NCBI GenBank assembly: GCA_034520965.1
Contig: JAXHMY010000001.1
Location: 384,001 to 448,000, forward strand
Length of the DNA stretch: 64,000 bases
Source of the DNA: Spirochaetia bacterium
GTDB lineage: Bacteria; Spirochaetota; Spirochaetia; DSM-16054; Sediminispirochaetaceae
Reading direction: 5' to 3'
In this document: one piece after another, positions 43,801 through 55,525 of the stretch
How positions within the stretch are numbered: the stretch's first letter is position 1
Layout: each line of letters starts with the position of its first letter
Notes under the pieces: generated by a model
Seen by the model: the letters and a program-made list of their open reading frames with translations, nothing else
Database searches by the model: none
What the model was told of the DNA's origin: nothing
Made by a program: the position numbers and the translations under genes

Positions 43801-44518
43801 GTTCTGAAGCCGTTTCTTGAATTTTATCTACAGCTAAACCTTCTCCAAAAAACAGATATCCCTTTTCGGTAAGAGTTATCTGGCGACCAACCTGCAAAAA
43901 GCCTCTTGAAACTAAATAATGCTGAAGACTGTTCTTATCGACATAGAAAAGGGCTGTACCACGGAACTGCTCCAAATCATCGAAGAGGGGAAACTGATAT
44001 ACAAAGCGGTTCTGCTCGTCATCGATTATTATGTCTTTCGATTGTTCTGCATCTAATTTAAGTTCAGCCGTTGGAATGGTAGTGCTTTGTTCATCAAGAA
44101 TTTTGTATATGACCCGATAATCACCCTGGCGCTCGATATCATCGTCTCTGGTACTGTAATGAATTTTGTTATCCGTGGATACAAACCGGACAAATAGTAA
44201 GCCTTGGTATTCACTGTGAAGTTTATCGAAAAGATTGTTGTGCTGAAATATATATTCACGGTCCCAGTTAGGACTATATACTTTTTGTACATCGACTTGT
44301 GATAGCGTAGCGGAAAACCGGCTTTGGTACTGATGATGAAAATCTTCGATCGCCGTTTTCTTCTGCTGTAGTTCCTGCTCGTAGAGCTCAGTCACTCTCT
44401 GATTGTAGAAGGTAGTTTCTATGTACTCAAAAAGCCCGGAGTATGCTAGAAAAGCAAACGCAGTTACGAGGATAATTGATATGAGTAAGCTGATTGATAC
44501 TCTTTGAATATTGCTCAT
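40852..44518 (-). CDS. Large two-TM membrane protein with a periplasmic domain, Glu-rich tandem repeats and a globular C-terminal domain; probably one gene broken by indels in the repeats
   Basis: ORFs 43106-44518, 42445-43092 and 40852-42441 abut; the same Glu-rich repeat type (AEEPEEIEELEELGELEEAEE) runs across their junctions. Confidence 0.65.
42372..43190 (-). repeat. Coding tandem repeat with variable 99-159 bp units
   Basis: Anchor gttctccgagctc at 42390, 42549, 42684, 42802, 42900 and 42999. Confidence 0.9.
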
Positions 44519-44609
44519 ACTGGTCTTCTAGGTTATTGTACCCCTTTTTAAAGATTTACTCTACATCTCTATTACTTTTTATCGGCAAATCAATTTCCTA
44601 TCCTGAATT

Positions 44610-44655
44610 AAAAAGAGCGAGGTTCTTTCAAGATGCTAATATTGAAAGAACCTCG
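44610..44655 (-). terminator. Second hairpin/terminator downstream of rplQ
   Basis: Perfect 14-bp stem cgaggttctttcaa/ttgaaagaacctcg followed by ctcttttt on the minus strand. Confidence 0.6.
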
Positions 44656-44676
44656 TTGGGAGTACCTGAACAATAT

Positions 44677-44710
44677 AAAATGGGCACCCTTAAAAGAGGT
44701 GCCCGATTTT
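44677..44710 (-). terminator. Intrinsic terminator after rplQ
   Basis: gggcacc/ggtgccc stem with T runs on both strands. Confidence 0.7.
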
Positions 44711-44748
44711 CTTATTAACTATTAAGTAAATTTTCTGCTAAAGTATAG

Positions 44749-45354
44749 CTATTTGTCCTTCTTCTTATCGGCCAAATCTTCTTCAGCAACAGGTTTTTCA
44801 GTACTTTCTTCGGCTTCGACTTCGGCTTCAGCCTCAGTTTCCTCTGCCGGAGCAGCTTCCGCAGTTGCGGTTTCTTCAGCTGGAGCTTCATTTGATTCAG
44901 TGTCTGTCGCTTCGGCATTCTCCTTTGCTTTTGTAGGAGCCGCAGCCGATTTCGCTTTCTTTGTGGACTTCTTTTTACCCTGTTTCTGCTCGGCAACTTC
45001 CTCTTCCACTAACTCAAGAAGTACCATTTCTGCGGCATCTCCTTGACGATAGCCAAGCTTGAGAATTCGGGTGTAGCCGCCGGGACGCTCTTTATATCTT
45101 GGTCCGATTTCTGTAAAAAGTTTAGCCAAAATCTCTTTATCTTTGATATCTTTGTTCATGATCCTTCGGTTATGGACGCTGTCCATTTTTGCCCGGGTGA
45201 TCATTTTTTCTGCAGTTCGACGAATTGCGAGTGCCTTAGCTTTAGTAGTTTTAATTCGCTCGTACCGGAACAGTGAAGTAGTCATGTTCCTGTGCAGGGA
45301 TTTTCGATGACTTGATTTTCTACCAAGTCGGTTAAATCCTATTTTATGCTTCAT
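44749..45354 (-). CDS. rplQ: 50S ribosomal protein L17 with an acidic C-terminal tail
   Basis: [12 protein letters not shown]...IKTTKAKA...[12 protein letters not shown]. Confidence 0.97.
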   Translation of the reverse strand: MKHKIGFNRLGRKSSHRKSLHRNMTTSLFRYERIKTTKAKALAIRRTAEKMITRAKMDSVHNRRIMNKDIKDKEILAKLFTEIGPRYKERPGGYTRILKLGYRQGDAAEMVLLELVEEEVAEQKQGKKKSTKKAKSAAAPTKAKENAEATDTESNEAPAEETATAEAAPAEETEAEAEVEAEESTEKPVAEEDLADKKKDK

Positions 45355-46399
45355 CGTTCTCGTCCTTGTTCCGTTGAAGTTTTGTCGATGTCTTTAGAAC
45401 ACTGTAGTCGGTCATGCCGAGACTCAAGTTCCACTCTTTGAGTTTTTCTTTAATCTCATTTAAAGACTTTTTACCGAAATTTCGAGTCTTTGCAATTTCG
45501 TCCTCGGTTTTCTTTGTAAGATCACCGATAGAACGTATATTCGCATTCTTCAGACAATTGCTCGACCTTACCGACAGCTCTAGCTCTTCTACCGGGGTAT
45601 TCAGAATCGAACGTACACGCTCTTCTTCTTCATCCACCTCATCATCACCATCGATAGATTCTTCATCAAAATTGATAAAGATGGTGAAATGATCCTTTGC
45701 AATTTTTGCAGCTTCGGCTAATGCATCTTCCGGCGAGACAGCTCCGGTGGTCATAATTTCCAGGATTAACTTATCGAAATCACTTCTTTGTCCCACCCGA
45801 GTATTTTCAGTGTGATACTTTACCCGCCTTATTGGAGAGAAAGCTGCATCAACGGCAATAGTTCCAACTTCTTCGATATATTTTTCGTTCAGTTCCGCCG
45901 GTATATAGCCACGCCCTAGATCAATTTGTATTTCCATATCGATGTGCGCATCTTTTGTCATGGTAAGAATCTTTTGATCCTTGTTCATCACTTCGATATC
46001 ATTTTCTTTTTCGACGTCGGCGCCGGTCATGTCGCCAGGGCCCTTCACTTCTATATGAATAACTTTCTGTTCCTGATCTGCCGGAAGCTTAATATTTAAG
46101 CTTCGTAAATTGCTGATAACTTCCGGTGTATCTTCTACTACCTCAGGAATCGATTCAAACTCGCTCGATACAACGTGCGCAGTTCCTTCTTCATCATAAG
46201 AAGTAATTTTTAGAGCAGTAATAGCGTATCCTTGAATGGATGATAGCAACACCCTGCGAAGGGTGTTACCAACAGTCGTTCCATACCCTCTTTCGAAGGG
46301 ATACGCGATAAATTTCCCGTAGCTGGCGTCGGTCTCACCATGCTCAAAGGTAATTCCCTTTGGCCTTTTAAATCCCTTTAATAGGTTTTTTCGCGCCAT
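45344..46399 (-). CDS. rpoA: RNA polymerase alpha subunit
   Basis: [41 protein letters not shown]. Confidence 0.98.
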   Translation of the reverse strand: MARKNLLKGFKRPKGITFEHGETDASYGKFIAYPFERGYGTTVGNTLRRVLLSSIQGYAITALKITSYDEEGTAHVVSSEFESIPEVVEDTPEVISNLRSLNIKLPADQEQKVIHIEVKGPGDMTGADVEKENDIEVMNKDQKILTMTKDAHIDMEIQIDLGRGYIPAELNEKYIEEVGTIAVDAAFSPIRRVKYHTENTRVGQRSDFDKLILEIMTTGAVSPEDALAEAAKIAKDHFTIFINFDEESIDGDDEVDEEEERVRSILNTPVEELELSVRSSNCLKNANIRSIGDLTKKTEDEIAKTRNFGKKSLNEIKEKLKEWNLSLGMTDYSVLKTSTKLQRNKDENDEA

Positions 46400-46407
46400 G
46401 TAAACTC

Positions 46408-47043
46408 CTACCTCGAATATAGCTCGACGATTAACTGCTCATTTATTTCCGCAAGCTCATTTACATCAGCCTTACGCGGATAAGCCTTTACCGTTCCTTT
46501 CATTGCATCAGGATCGATTTGCAGCCAAGGATACACACCTGATCGAGAGTACTCTTTTAGACTCTCTTTTATCGTATGCATTTTCTTGCTCGATTCCTGA
46601 ATCACAACTTCATCGTTCTCTTTTACAATAAAAGAGGGAATGGTTACACGCTTACCGTTTACAAACACATGCCCGTGCGAAACTATCTGACGAGCCTGTT
46701 TGCGTGATGATGCAAAATGCATTCTGTACACGGTATTATCAAGCCGTCTTTCAAGCCTTGTGATTAAGTTTTCACCTGTCTTTCCGGGAAGCCGTTCCGC
46801 TTCATCAAAAAACAGTTTGAATTGTTTTTCTAACAATCCGTACATTCTTTTCAGTTTCTGCTTTTCGCGCAACTGAAGTCCGTAATCCGAAATCTTTCTC
46901 TGCCGATAGCGAGGATCTTTACCCGGAGGCGAAGCCTTCTTTGCAACCGGGCACTTGTTTGTGAAGCAGCGTTCGCCCTTCAAAAAAAGTTTTGCCCCTT
47001 CTGCTCGACATTGTCTACATGATGGACCTGTATATCTTGCCAT
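46408..47043 (-). CDS. rpsD: 30S ribosomal protein S4, Cys-containing type
   Basis: [13 protein letters not shown]...LREKQK...LERRLDN...IVELYSR. Confidence 0.98.
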   Translation of the reverse strand: MARYTGPSCRQCRAEGAKLFLKGERCFTNKCPVAKKASPPGKDPRYRQRKISDYGLQLREKQKLKRMYGLLEKQFKLFFDEAERLPGKTGENLITRLERRLDNTVYRMHFASSRKQARQIVSHGHVFVNGKRVTIPSFIVKENDEVVIQESSKKMHTIKESLKEYSRSGVYPWLQIDPDAMKGTVKAYPRKADVNELAEINEQLIVELYSR

Positions 47044-47055
47044 ACCTTACCCTCT

Positions 47056-47445
47056 CTAAACTCTTCTACTCTTTCTGGGACGGCATCCATTGTGGGGGAT
47101 GGGGGTGACATCCTTGATGCTCTTCACAGTTAAACCTAGATTACCAAGCGACCGTATAGCGGACTCTCGCCCTACTCCCGGTCCCTTCACAAATACATGA
47201 ACACCCTGCAAACCGTAATCCATAGCCTTTTTTGCTGCTGTCTCGGCAGTTGTCTGTGCCGCGTAGGGGGTTGATTTTTTCGCGCCCCTAAAACCGAGTC
47301 CACCAGCACTGGCCCAAGAAACAGTGTTTCCCTGCAGGTCCGTTATTGTTACAATAGTATTATTAAACGTAGCTTGTACGTAGACATTCCCCTCGTAAAC
47401 CGTTTTTTTGGTTTTTCTTTTCGTACTTTTCGCTGCCTTAGCCAC
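47056..47445 (-). CDS. rpsK: 30S ribosomal protein S11
   Basis: [27 protein letters not shown]. Confidence 0.98.
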   Translation of the reverse strand: MAKAAKSTKRKTKKTVYEGNVYVQATFNNTIVTITDLQGNTVSWASAGGLGFRGAKKSTPYAAQTTAETAAKKAMDYGLQGVHVFVKGPGVGRESAIRSLGNLGLTVKSIKDVTPIPHNGCRPRKSRRV

Positions 47446-47462
47446 TTTCTACAACCTCCACT

Positions 47463-47828
47463 CTATTTCTTCTTTCCCGCTACTGTTTTCTTCTTACCCT
47501 TTCGAGTACGGGCGTTTGTTTTCGTCCGCTGGCCTCGAAGAGGTAAGCCTTTCCGGTGCCGCAGTCCGCGATAACACCCGATATCCATAAGCCGCTTGAT
47601 ATTCAGTGCGGTCTGAGTTCGCAGCCGTCCTTCGACAGTATAATCATTATCGATTACCCCACGAATCTGATTAACCTCTTCGCTTGTGAGGTCATTCATC
47701 CGCTTATCAGGATCTATTTCCAGTTTCTTACAAATCTCAATAGCAGAAGTTCTACCTATACCATAAATATAGGTCAATGCAATCTTTGTAGCTTTATTTG
47801 GTAAATCTATACCGGCTATTCGTGCCAT
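47463..47828 (-). CDS. rpsM: 30S ribosomal protein S13
   Basis: [34 protein letters not shown]. Confidence 0.98.
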   Translation of the reverse strand: MARIAGIDLPNKATKIALTYIYGIGRTSAIEICKKLEIDPDKRMNDLTSEEVNQIRGVIDNDYTVEGRLRTQTALNIKRLMDIGCYRGLRHRKGLPLRGQRTKTNARTRKGKKKTVAGKKK

Positions 47829-47842
47829 TCAGAGCTCCTCCT

Positions 47843-47956
47843 CTACCTTTGCCTCTGCTTGTGTTTCGGGTTGCTACACACAATTCGTACTACCCCGCGT
47901 CTGCGGATTACTTTGCAATTTGCGCACATCGGTTTGATGCTTGCTCTTACCTTCAT
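47843..47956 (-). CDS. rpmJ: 50S ribosomal protein L36 (below the ORF-track size limit)
   Basis: Manual translation [37 protein letters not shown]. Confidence 0.97.
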   Translation of the reverse strand: MKVRASIKPMCANCKVIRRRGVVRIVCSNPKHKQRQR

Positions 47957-47969
47957 TTTATTCTTCCCC

Positions 47970-49292
47970 TTATAAGTTCCTTGACTTGAGCTTTCCTCGT
48001 TTCGTAAAACCATCATGGTGGTGCATTCTAAGATGTCCTTCTATTTGGGACATTGTATCTAAGTCTACCCCAACCATGATTAACAGTGAAGTACCACCCA
48101 ACAACATTGCAACTGAAACCGGGAAGTTAAAAAGCTTCTGTATAATTGTCGGAATAACTGCAATGAACGCCAGAAACAACGCACCCGGCAGTACAATTCG
48201 GTTCAGTATTTTTGTTAAGTACTCTTCCATCTTTTCAGTTCTAATTCCTGGAATCGAACCACCATTTTCTCGTATCTGTTTTGCTATTTCAATCGGGTTA
48301 AGGGACACCTGAGTATAGAAATAGGCGAAAAATACAATCAGCAGCGTGTAAATAATAACATAAGGCATTCCCTGCGGGCTGAGCCAAGAAGAAAAGGAGG
48401 CCAGCCACCCAATTTCACTGCCTAAGTTACCGGCTATTTGAAGCGGAAAAGTAAGCACTGAAGATGCAAAAATGACCGGTATAACTCCTGAAGGGTTCAC
48501 CTTAAACGGGATATAAGTACTTTGTGCACCATACATCTTTCTTCCCACTACACGTTTCGCATAGTGGACGGGGATCTTTCTTTGCCCCTGTTGCTCATAA
48601 ATAACCAGTGCAACTACAGCGACAAACATGCCCAGTACGATGATAACAAAAACCGGGTTTAGTTCACCAACCTGCACTTTATTAAACAGAGTAATAAATG
48701 CATTGGGCATCCGGGCTACAATACCCGCAAAAATCAACAGGGAAATACCGTTTCCCACCCCACGCTGGGTGATCTGTTCACCAATCCATATTAAGAAGAC
48801 GGTACCAGTAGTAACAGTCATCATTGCTAAGAGTGTATAGGGCAGCCTATTCATTGTAATCGCATTTGGAATCGAATCGGCATACACCGTTACTACATAC
48901 GACTGAATAAGACATACAAGCAGTACTCCGTATCTCGTATACCGCTGGATTTTCTTTCGGCCGCCTTCTTCTTCTGAAATTCTTTTCAGAGTCGGAAAAA
49001 CGACAATCAGCAGCTGCATTATAATCTGCATCGAGATATACGGCATAATACCAAGCATGAATACTGAGAAGTTCTTAAAGGCTCCTCCGGCAAAGAAGTT
49101 AATATACTCGGTAATGCCGATGTTTCCGGACCCTTCCTGGGCCATAAAGTACAGCTTAAGCGCATTCACATTAATACCTGGAATTGGAAGGGTTGCCCCC
49201 AAACGAAACACCATTAGCATCAATACTGTGAAAGTTATGCGTTGTCTTAAATCTTTTACCCGGAAAATGTCGAGAAACGCGTTATTAGCCAT
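47970..49292 (-). CDS. secY: Preprotein translocase subunit SecY
   Basis: [34 protein letters not shown]. Confidence 0.98.
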   Translation of the reverse strand: MANNAFLDIFRVKDLRQRITFTVLMLMVFRLGATLPIPGINVNALKLYFMAQEGSGNIGITEYINFFAGGAFKNFSVFMLGIMPYISMQIIMQLLIVVFPTLKRISEEEGGRKKIQRYTRYGVLLVCLIQSYVVTVYADSIPNAITMNRLPYTLLAMMTVTTGTVFLIWIGEQITQRGVGNGISLLIFAGIVARMPNAFITLFNKVQVGELNPVFVIIVLGMFVAVVALVIYEQQGQRKIPVHYAKRVVGRKMYGAQSTYIPFKVNPSGVIPVIFASSVLTFPLQIAGNLGSEIGWLASFSSWLSPQGMPYVIIYTLLIVFFAYFYTQVSLNPIEIAKQIRENGGSIPGIRTEKMEEYLTKILNRIVLPGALFLAFIAVIPTIIQKLFNFPVSVAMLLGGTSLLIMVGVDLDTMSQIEGHLRMHHHDGFTKRGKLKSRNL

Positions 49293-49743
49293 TGTTACCT
49301 TCTTCTAATCCTTCTATAGTACCGCCGGCAGCTTCGATTTTTTTATGTGCTGATGCCGACACCTTGTGTACAGCGAAGGTAAGCTTTTTTGTAACCTCGC
49401 CGTTGCCAAGAATCTTAACAATTGCATTTTTTTTCTTCAATATCCCTTTCTTACGGAGGGTATCTAAATTTACTGTATCACCATCGTTATATCGTTCTTC
49501 TACAGTTTTTAGATTTACCACACTGTATTCTTTTTTAAAGGGGTAATTTGAGAAACCGCGAGCCGCAATACGGCGGAAAAGTGGCATTTGTCCACCTTCA
49601 AAACCTAAGCGTACTCCGCCTCCCGAACGGGAATTCTGGCCATCATGACCGCGACCGGAGGTTCCTCCGTGTCCGCTGCCAACGCCTCTTCCCACGGGTC
49701 GTTTTTTCTTATGGGCTCCATTGGGTGCCTTGAGTTGTTCCAT
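49285..49743 (-). CDS. rplO: 50S ribosomal protein L15
   Basis: GRGHDGQNSRSG, FEGGQMPL. Confidence 0.97.
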   Translation of the reverse strand: MEQLKAPNGAHKKKRPVGRGVGSGHGGTSGRGHDGQNSRSGGGVRLGFEGGQMPLFRRIAARGFSNYPFKKEYSVVNLKTVEERYNDGDTVNLDTLRKKGILKKKNAIVKILGNGEVTKKLTFAVHKVSASAHKKIEAAGGTIEGLEEGNNG

Positions 49744-49745
49744 AG

Positions 49746-49934
49746 CTACTCAATCTCCTCAACTTCAACAAGATGACTGATCTTACCCACCATTCCAAGT
49801 ATGGATGGAGTTACTTTATGCTCAACTCGGCTGCCTATTTTCCTAAGACCAAGTGCATCCAACGTCTTTTCTTGTTTAGGTTTTCTTCCATACCTGCTCT
49901 TCTTGAGAGTGATACGAATCATCTTTTCTGCCAT
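49746..49934 (-). CDS. rpmD: 50S ribosomal protein L30
   Basis: ITLKKS...TLDALGLRKIG...ILGMV. Confidence 0.95.
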   Translation of the reverse strand: MAEKMIRITLKKSRYGRKPKQEKTLDALGLRKIGSRVEHKVTPSILGMVGKISHLVEVEEIE

Positions 49935-49936
49935 TA

Positions 49937-50425
49937 TTAACTCCACATTTCCTGCAGCGTTTTACCTCTGCCTTTAGCGATTTCTTTCGCATCCATGATT
50001 TCATCAAACCCAGCAAAAACAGCCTTTACAATATTAAGCGTATTTTGAGAACCAAGAGATTTACTCATGATATCGTGAACGCCACATGCATCCATGATTG
50101 AGCGTACAGGCCCACCGGCGATTACTCCGGTACCCGGAGCAGCAGGTTTCATAAATACCTCTGCACTCTTAAACCGCCCAATAACTACATGGGGTATAGT
50201 CGTTCGCTGCATCGGCACCTTCACCATAGTCTTCTTAGCCTTTTCAATACCTTTGCGGATAGCTTCAGCAACATCATTTGCCTTTCCAAAGCCATACCCG
50301 ACATTACCTTTTTGATCGCCTACAATCACCAGGGCTGAAAATGAGAAACGACGTCCACCCTTTACAACTTTGGCTACACGATTCAGCTTAATGAGTTTTT
50401 CTACGTACTCCTTATCTTTATCCAC
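49937..50425 (-). CDS. rpsE: 30S ribosomal protein S5
   Basis: [24 protein letters not shown]. Confidence 0.98.
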   Translation of the reverse strand: MDKDKEYVEKLIKLNRVAKVVKGGRRFSFSALVIVGDQKGNVGYGFGKANDVAEAIRKGIEKAKKTMVKVPMQRTTIPHVVIGRFKSAEVFMKPAAPGTGVIAGGPVRSIMDACGVHDIMSKSLGSQNTLNIVKAVFAGFDEIMDAKEIAKGRGKTLQEMWS

Positions 50426-50434
50426 AGTTTCCCC

Positions 50435-50794
50435 CTAAAATTTCAGTCCTGCTTTTCTTGCACCGTCAGCCAGACTTCTTACAACGCCCCAATAGGTAAA
50501 ACCGTTCCTATCGAACACGACAGTATCTATGTTTTTGGCCTTTAAACGCTCGCCAATTGCATTTCCGATTTTGCTTGCGTTTTCTACGTTATTGCGAAGG
50601 CCGGTAAACTCGGACTCCATAGTACTCGCAGACGCAACCGTAGCGTTTTTAGTGTCATCAATAGCCTGAACGTACATATGTTTATTGCTTCGATATACAC
50701 TTAGTCTTGGACGTTCTGCAGTTCCACTAATATTCTTACGAACATGAAGTTTACGTCTTCTGCGTTTCGCTTGTTTTTCTTGTACTCTCTTCAT
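50435..50794 (-). CDS. rplR: 50S ribosomal protein L18
   Basis: RPRLSVYRSNKH, VFDRNG, ARKAGLKF. Confidence 0.97.
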   Translation of the reverse strand: MKRVQEKQAKRRRRKLHVRKNISGTAERPRLSVYRSNKHMYVQAIDDTKNATVASASTMESEFTGLRNNVENASKIGNAIGERLKAKNIDTVVFDRNGFTYWGVVRSLADGARKAGLKF

Positions 50795-50804
50795 ATCGTT
50801 TATC

Positions 50805-51344
50805 CTACTTTACACCAGACTTACCGATCTTTCGTGAAATTCTCTCATCTTCGTATTTCACACCCTTCCCCTTATAAGGTTCCGGCGGACGTAGAGAGCG
50901 AATCTCGGAGCTTATCTGTCCGACAAGCTGCTTCTGAATTCCGGTAATAACTACTTTAGTGGTTCCTTCGCAGGTAATGGTGATTCCTTCCGGAATTACA
51001 AACTCAACCGGATTCGAAAACCCAAGGTTAAGATGAAGTATATCACCCTTTACTTCTGCTCGGTACCCTACTCCATTTATCAATAATGATTTTGTGAATC
51101 CCTTGGATACACCTTCAACCATATTCCAGCACAGTTGTCGGTACAAGCCGTGGTACGAACGGGCGTCTTTACTATCATTCGTTCGGTCGACAATCAGCTG
51201 ATTATCCTTGACCTTTATTTCAACATCTTTGTTGAAACCTTGTGAAAGTTTACCCTTGGGCCCCTCAACTGTTACTGTATTATCCTTTACGTCTACCTTC
51301 ACTCCGTCAGGTATCTGTACCGGTAGTTTTCCAACTCGTGACAT
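50805..51344 (-). CDS. rplF: 50S ribosomal protein L6
   Basis: MSRVGKLP, GVGYRA, RPPEPYKGKG. Confidence 0.98.
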   Translation of the reverse strand: MSRVGKLPVQIPDGVKVDVKDNTVTVEGPKGKLSQGFNKDVEIKVKDNQLIVDRTNDSKDARSYHGLYRQLCWNMVEGVSKGFTKSLLINGVGYRAEVKGDILHLNLGFSNPVEFVIPEGITITCEGTTKVVITGIQKQLVGQISSEIRSLRPPEPYKGKGVKYEDERISRKIGKSGVK

Positions 51345-51358
51345 TAGATTCCCCCGTT

Positions 51359-51757
51359 TTACCAGACAGAACAGATAAGCTCTCCGCCTACCTTGCGCTC
51401 TGTTGCTTTTTTCCCTGTGATCACACCCGTCGACGTCGATACAATGAGGATTCCATGACCGTTGAATACACGCGGCATTTTCCGGTATCCGGCGTATATT
51501 CTTCGCCCCGGACTGGAAATCTTTTTTATACCGTGAATAATTGGCTTCTGGCCATCGTCATACTTCAAGAAAATCCGGATGACACTTTTACCATCCTGGG
51601 TGGTCTTCTTGAAATTCTTCACATATCCCTCATTCTTAAAGATTTTTACAACCTCAAGTTTTATTTTTGAGGGATGGATATCGACCTTTTCGTGACCCGC
51701 ACTGACTGCGTTTCTAATTTTTGTGAGCATATCTGCTACAGGATCGCTTACTGCCAT
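51359..51757 (-). CDS. rpsH: 30S ribosomal protein S8
   Basis: [29 protein letters not shown]. Confidence 0.98.
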   Translation of the reverse strand: MAVSDPVADMLTKIRNAVSAGHEKVDIHPSKIKLEVVKIFKNEGYVKNFKKTTQDGKSVIRIFLKYDDGQKPIIHGIKKISSPGRRIYAGYRKMPRVFNGHGILIVSTSTGVITGKKATERKVGGELICSVW

Positions 51758-51772
51758 ACTCTCTACTCCCTC

Positions 51773-51958
51773 TTACCAGCTTGATTTAGTCACGCCGGGT
51801 ATTAGTCCCTCGTTTGCAAGCTTCCGAAAACAAACCCTGCACATGCCGAATTTCCGCATATATCCTCGAGGACGACCACACACCTTGCATCTATTCACCT
51901 TTCGTGTACTGTACTTAGGTGTACGCTGTGATTTAACTATAAGTGCTTTCCGTGCCAT
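51773..51958 (-). CDS. rpsN: 30S ribosomal protein S14, zinc type (type Z)
   Basis: [10 protein letters not shown]...MCRVCFR...PGVTKSSW. Confidence 0.97.
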   Translation of the reverse strand: MARKALIVKSQRTPKYSTRKVNRCKVCGRPRGYMRKFGMCRVCFRKLANEGLIPGVTKSSW

Positions 51959-51968
51959 GCTTATCTCC

Positions 51969-52520
51969 CTACTTTCTGAAAGGCATGCCGAGCTTTTGCA
52001 GCAGCACCCTTGCTTCCTGATCAGTTTCCGCGGTAGTAACTATAGCGATATTTAATCCGCTAACCCGCTCGATGTTATCGTAGTCGATCTCAGGAAAAAT
52101 TATTTGTTCCTGAACTCCTATCGAATAGTTTCCATGACCATCGAACGCATTCGGGTTAACCCCCCGAAAGTCCTTTACACGCGGCAACGCAATATTCAAT
52201 AAACGGTCCAGAAACTCCCACATTCGGTCACCCCGAAGAGTGACTTTTGCACCAATTTCATTACCTTCTCGCAGTTTAAAGTTTGCGATAGATTTACGCG
52301 CCTTTGTTTTCACCGGCTGCTGGCCTGTAATTGTAGCCAGCTCCTTTACCGCAGATTCTAACAGGTTTTTGTTCTGAATAGCCTCACCTACACCCGCGCT
52401 TACCGAAACTTTTTCGATACGTGGAATCTGCATGTGAGTGCTATAACCGAACTCCTCTTTGAGCTCTGCAGCAACCTTCTCGTTATACGTTGACCTAAGC
52501 CTTGGTACATACTGTTCCAT
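51969..52520 (-). CDS. rplE: 50S ribosomal protein L5
   Basis: [29 protein letters not shown]. Confidence 0.98.
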   Translation of the reverse strand: MEQYVPRLRSTYNEKVAAELKEEFGYSTHMQIPRIEKVSVSAGVGEAIQNKNLLESAVKELATITGQQPVKTKARKSIANFKLREGNEIGAKVTLRGDRMWEFLDRLLNIALPRVKDFRGVNPNAFDGHGNYSIGVQEQIIFPEIDYDNIERVSGLNIAIVTTAETDQEARVLLQKLGMPFRK

Positions 52521-52843
52521 TACAGCTCTTCCCCAGTCTTCTTTGCTATTCTAATCTTCTTACCATTTTCGATTTTATAACCGATCCTGGTTGCCTCACC
52601 GTTTTTAGTAACGGCAGCCACATTCGATAGTGCGACAGCTGCTTCAATCTCGATAATGCCGCCCTTTTCCTGCTGGCTCTTCGCCCGTACGGCCTTCTTC
52701 ACCATGTTTAATCCCTGAATGTATACACGGCCCCGGTTTCTATCAATTCGTAGAATTTTTCCGGTTTTGCCCTTATCTTTTCCGGTGAGGATCTTCACGG
52801 TGTCATCTCGCTTAAGTTTTGTGTTCACCTGATTCTTCGTCAT
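52520..52843 (-). CDS. rplX: 50S ribosomal protein L24
   Basis: [18 protein letters not shown] motif, GGIIEIEA. Confidence 0.96.
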   Translation of the reverse strand: MTKNQVNTKLKRDDTVKILTGKDKGKTGKILRIDRNRGRVYIQGLNMVKKAVRAKSQQEKGGIIEIEAAVALSNVAAVTKNGEATRIGYKIENGKKIRIAKKTGEEL

Positions 52844-52853
52844 CTTGATCCTC

Positions 52854-53222
52854 CTAGAGTACCTCGGGAGCAAGAGAGATAATCTTCATATATCCCGCCT
52901 CTCTTAACTCTCTGGCAACTGGTCCGAAGATACGTTTACCCTTTGGATTCAGGTTCGTATCTATAATCACACACGCGTTATCATCAAAACGAATATACGT
53001 TCCATCATTTCGCCTATGTTCTTTTTTGGTTCGAACAATGACTGCCCTCTGCACATCGCCTTTTTTGACCTGTGCATTTGGCAGAGCATCCTTCACTGCC
53101 ACAACAACGACATCTCCGATACCAGCCGTTTTCCTTTTACTTCCACCAAGGACTTTGACGCACTGCACCTTCTTGGCGCCACTGTTATCCGCTACATTCA
53201 GGTATGTCTGCATCTGTATCAT
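52854..53222 (-). CDS. rplN: 50S ribosomal protein L14
   Basis: [32 protein letters not shown]. Confidence 0.98.
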   Translation of the reverse strand: MIQMQTYLNVADNSGAKKVQCVKVLGGSKRKTAGIGDVVVVAVKDALPNAQVKKGDVQRAVIVRTKKEHRRNDGTYIRFDDNACVIIDTNLNPKGKRIFGPVARELREAGYMKIISLAPEVL

Positions 53223-53252
53223 ACGACAACTCCTTCTACTACGTATCCGCTG

Positions 53253-53504
53253 CTATTTCGCCCTTTCAACGATTTTGGATAGTCTCCAGTGCTTGTCCTT
53301 GCTGAGCGGTCTGCTCTCTATTACCCGCACTAAGTCCCCAATATGCGCTTCGTTCTTCTCATCATGGGCTTTAACCTTCTTGGTCTGTTTCACATACTTC
53401 TTATACAGTCCATGCAATTGTCTTGTTTCAACTGCTACAACTATAGTCTTTTCCATCTTTTCGCTTGTTACACGTCCCTGATAACTCTTCTTATTTACTA
53501 TCAT
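53253..53504 (-). CDS. rpsQ: 30S ribosomal protein S17
   Basis: [21 protein letters not shown]. Confidence 0.97.
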   Translation of the reverse strand: MIVNKKSYQGRVTSEKMEKTIVVAVETRQLHGLYKKYVKQTKKVKAHDEKNEAHIGDLVRVIESRPLSKDKHWRLSKIVERAK

Positions 53505-53521
53505 TCTCTGCAGCCTCTTCC

Positions 53522-53731
53522 TTACTTATCTCCCGGATTTCGTAGTCCCAGGGCATACTCATGAATTACCGTGTTGAGCCGGGCAATGTTTCTACGAAGG
53601 GTACGCCTTTCAATTGGGTTCTCCGCATGTCCCATCACACTGCTAATACGAAAATCCATAAACTCTTTGCGAAGCTGCTCGCGTTTTTCCACAAGCTCCT
53701 GAAACGTAAGATCGCTAAACGAGTTCTTCAT
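53522..53731 (-). CDS. rpmC: 50S ribosomal protein L29
   Basis: [18 protein letters not shown]; position between rplP and rpsQ. Confidence 0.93.
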   Translation of the reverse strand: MKNSFSDLTFQELVEKREQLRKEFMDFRISSVMGHAENPIERRTLRRNIARLNTVIHEYALGLRNPGDK

Positions 53732-53735
53732 ATCG

Positions 53736-54152
53736 CTACTCCACATCCCGTCTTGATATGAACTTGGTTCGTATAGGCAGCTTCGAACTGGCAAGCTTCA
53801 TAGCTTCCTGTGCCAACTCACGCTTTACACCGGACATCTCAAACATTACAGCGCCGGTCTTTACTACAGCGACCCATCCTTCCGGGTTTCCCTTACCTTT
53901 TCCCTGCCGAGTTTCAGCAGGTTTTTGGGTGTAGGGCTTGTCCGGAAAAATCCGAATCCATACCTTACCACCACGTTTAATGTGGCGGGTCATTGCAATA
54001 CGGGCAGCTTCTATCTGCCTGGCGGTAATCCAGCGCGGCTCAAGCGCTATCAGCCCGTAATCACCAAACGAAATTTTATTGCCTCTGTTCGCAACACCGT
54101 CCATTCTTCCACGATGCTGCTTTCTGTACTTTGTTCGTTTTGGACTCAGCAT
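53736..54152 (-). CDS. rplP: 50S ribosomal protein L16
   Basis: [29 protein letters not shown]. Confidence 0.98.
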   Translation of the reverse strand: MLSPKRTKYRKQHRGRMDGVANRGNKISFGDYGLIALEPRWITARQIEAARIAMTRHIKRGGKVWIRIFPDKPYTQKPAETRQGKGKGNPEGWVAVVKTGAVMFEMSGVKRELAQEAMKLASSKLPIRTKFISRRDVE

Positions 54153-54155
54153 TGC

Positions 54156-54863
54156 CTACTCACTCCTTGACTGAGACTTTCCGTCCCTTTGCTTCTTTAC
54201 CAGTAGTCCGGCATCTTCCTTGCGGTCCTTCTGAAGTACTTCTCCATTAAAGATCCATACTTTTACGCCAATCGTACCAAAAGTAGTTTTGGCTTCGAAA
54301 AAACCATAGTCAATGTCTGAACGAAGGGTATGCAACGGCACACGACCTGATTGCTGCCACTCAACTCTTGACATCTCAGCTCCACCCAAACGACCGGAGA
54401 TTCGTATCTTAACGCCCTCAACACCTGCCTGCATCGCCTTGCTTACCGAGATCTTTAGAGCTCTTCGAAAAGAACCGCGAGCTTTCAGTTGACGCGCTAC
54501 GTTCATAGCTATCAGCTGGGCATCACCTTCGGGTCGTTTGACCTCTTTGATCTTGATTTGAATTTTCTTCTTCGCAAGTTTTTGAAGCCGATTACCAATT
54601 TTTTCTATATTGGAACCCTTTGCGCCTATGATAATTCCGGGTCGAGAAGTCTTAACGACAATAGTAATTCTCTGAGGATGTCGAATAATCTCTATATCCG
54701 AGATTTCCGCACCACGGGCTTCAGGACTATTCTCCAGCTCTTTTCTCAGCTTCAAATCTTCATGCAGAGTTTCGACGTAGTCCCGCGGATCAACATACCA
54801 CTTCGATTTCCAGGTTTTATTTATACCTAATCGTAGTCCTATCGGATTAACCTTCTGACCCAT
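54156..54863 (-). CDS. rpsC: 30S ribosomal protein S3
   Basis: MGQKVNPIGLRLG, SGRLGGAE, VPLHTLR. Confidence 0.98.
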   Translation of the reverse strand: MGQKVNPIGLRLGINKTWKSKWYVDPRDYVETLHEDLKLRKELENSPEARGAEISDIEIIRHPQRITIVVKTSRPGIIIGAKGSNIEKIGNRLQKLAKKKIQIKIKEVKRPEGDAQLIAMNVARQLKARGSFRRALKISVSKAMQAGVEGVKIRISGRLGGAEMSRVEWQQSGRVPLHTLRSDIDYGFFEAKTTFGTIGVKVWIFNGEVLQKDRKEDAGLLVKKQRDGKSQSRSE

Positions 54864-55226
54864 TTATTCCCCCATATTTCCTATTTCGTCTACAACTACC
54901 GAGACATGGCTCATACGCTTTAAAAGAATATCTCTTCTTCCCCGCGCACGCGGCCATACACGCTTCAAACGCGGGCCTTCATCTATTAACAGCTGCTTAA
55001 TGAATAAACTCTCTTCATCTAGCTTGTTATTTTGATAGAGCGCATTCGCTGCGGCTGACTGTAAAACCTTCTTGATAAGTCCAGCACCCTTTTTTGGGGT
55101 ACTCTCAAGAATTGCCATCGCCTCGGTATAAGGTTTTAACCTAATAGTATCGGCAATAGGGCGTATTTTACTGGGAGAAACAAGAAGAAATTTCGCTTTT
55201 GCTGTATACCCTTTCTTCACTTCCAT
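54864..55226 (-). CDS. rplV: 50S ribosomal protein L22
   Basis: SPSKIR, SAAANA, DEGPRLKR, PRARGR. Confidence 0.97.
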   Translation of the reverse strand: MEVKKGYTAKAKFLLVSPSKIRPIADTIRLKPYTEAMAILESTPKKGAGLIKKVLQSAAANALYQNNKLDEESLFIKQLLIDEGPRLKRVWPRARGRRDILLKRMSHVSVVVDEIGNMGE

Positions 55227-55234
55227 AACAACAC

Positions 55235-55516
55235 CTATTTCTTTCCGACTTTCTTATCGGATCTTGCATGTCCGCGGAAAAAGCGGGTTGGTGCAAACTC
55301 ACCAAGTTTATGTCCTACCAAATTTTCGTTGACATACACAGGAACCCATGTTTTTCCGTTATACACAGAAATGGTGAATCCTACCATCTCCGGAATAATA
55401 GTCGAGCAACGGGAATATGTTTTAATCATCTTCTTATCCCCGGATTTACCCGCCTCTACAATTCTTTTGTAAAGCTTTTTCTCTATAAAAGGACCTTTCT
55501 TAATCGATCTTGACAC
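55235..55516 (-). CDS. rpsS: 30S ribosomal protein S19
   Basis: [22 protein letters not shown]. Confidence 0.98.
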   Translation of the reverse strand: MSRSIKKGPFIEKKLYKRIVEAGKSGDKKMIKTYSRCSTIIPEMVGFTISVYNGKTWVPVYVNENLVGHKLGEFAPTRFFRGHARSDKKVGKK

Positions 55517-55525
55517 GACCTACTC

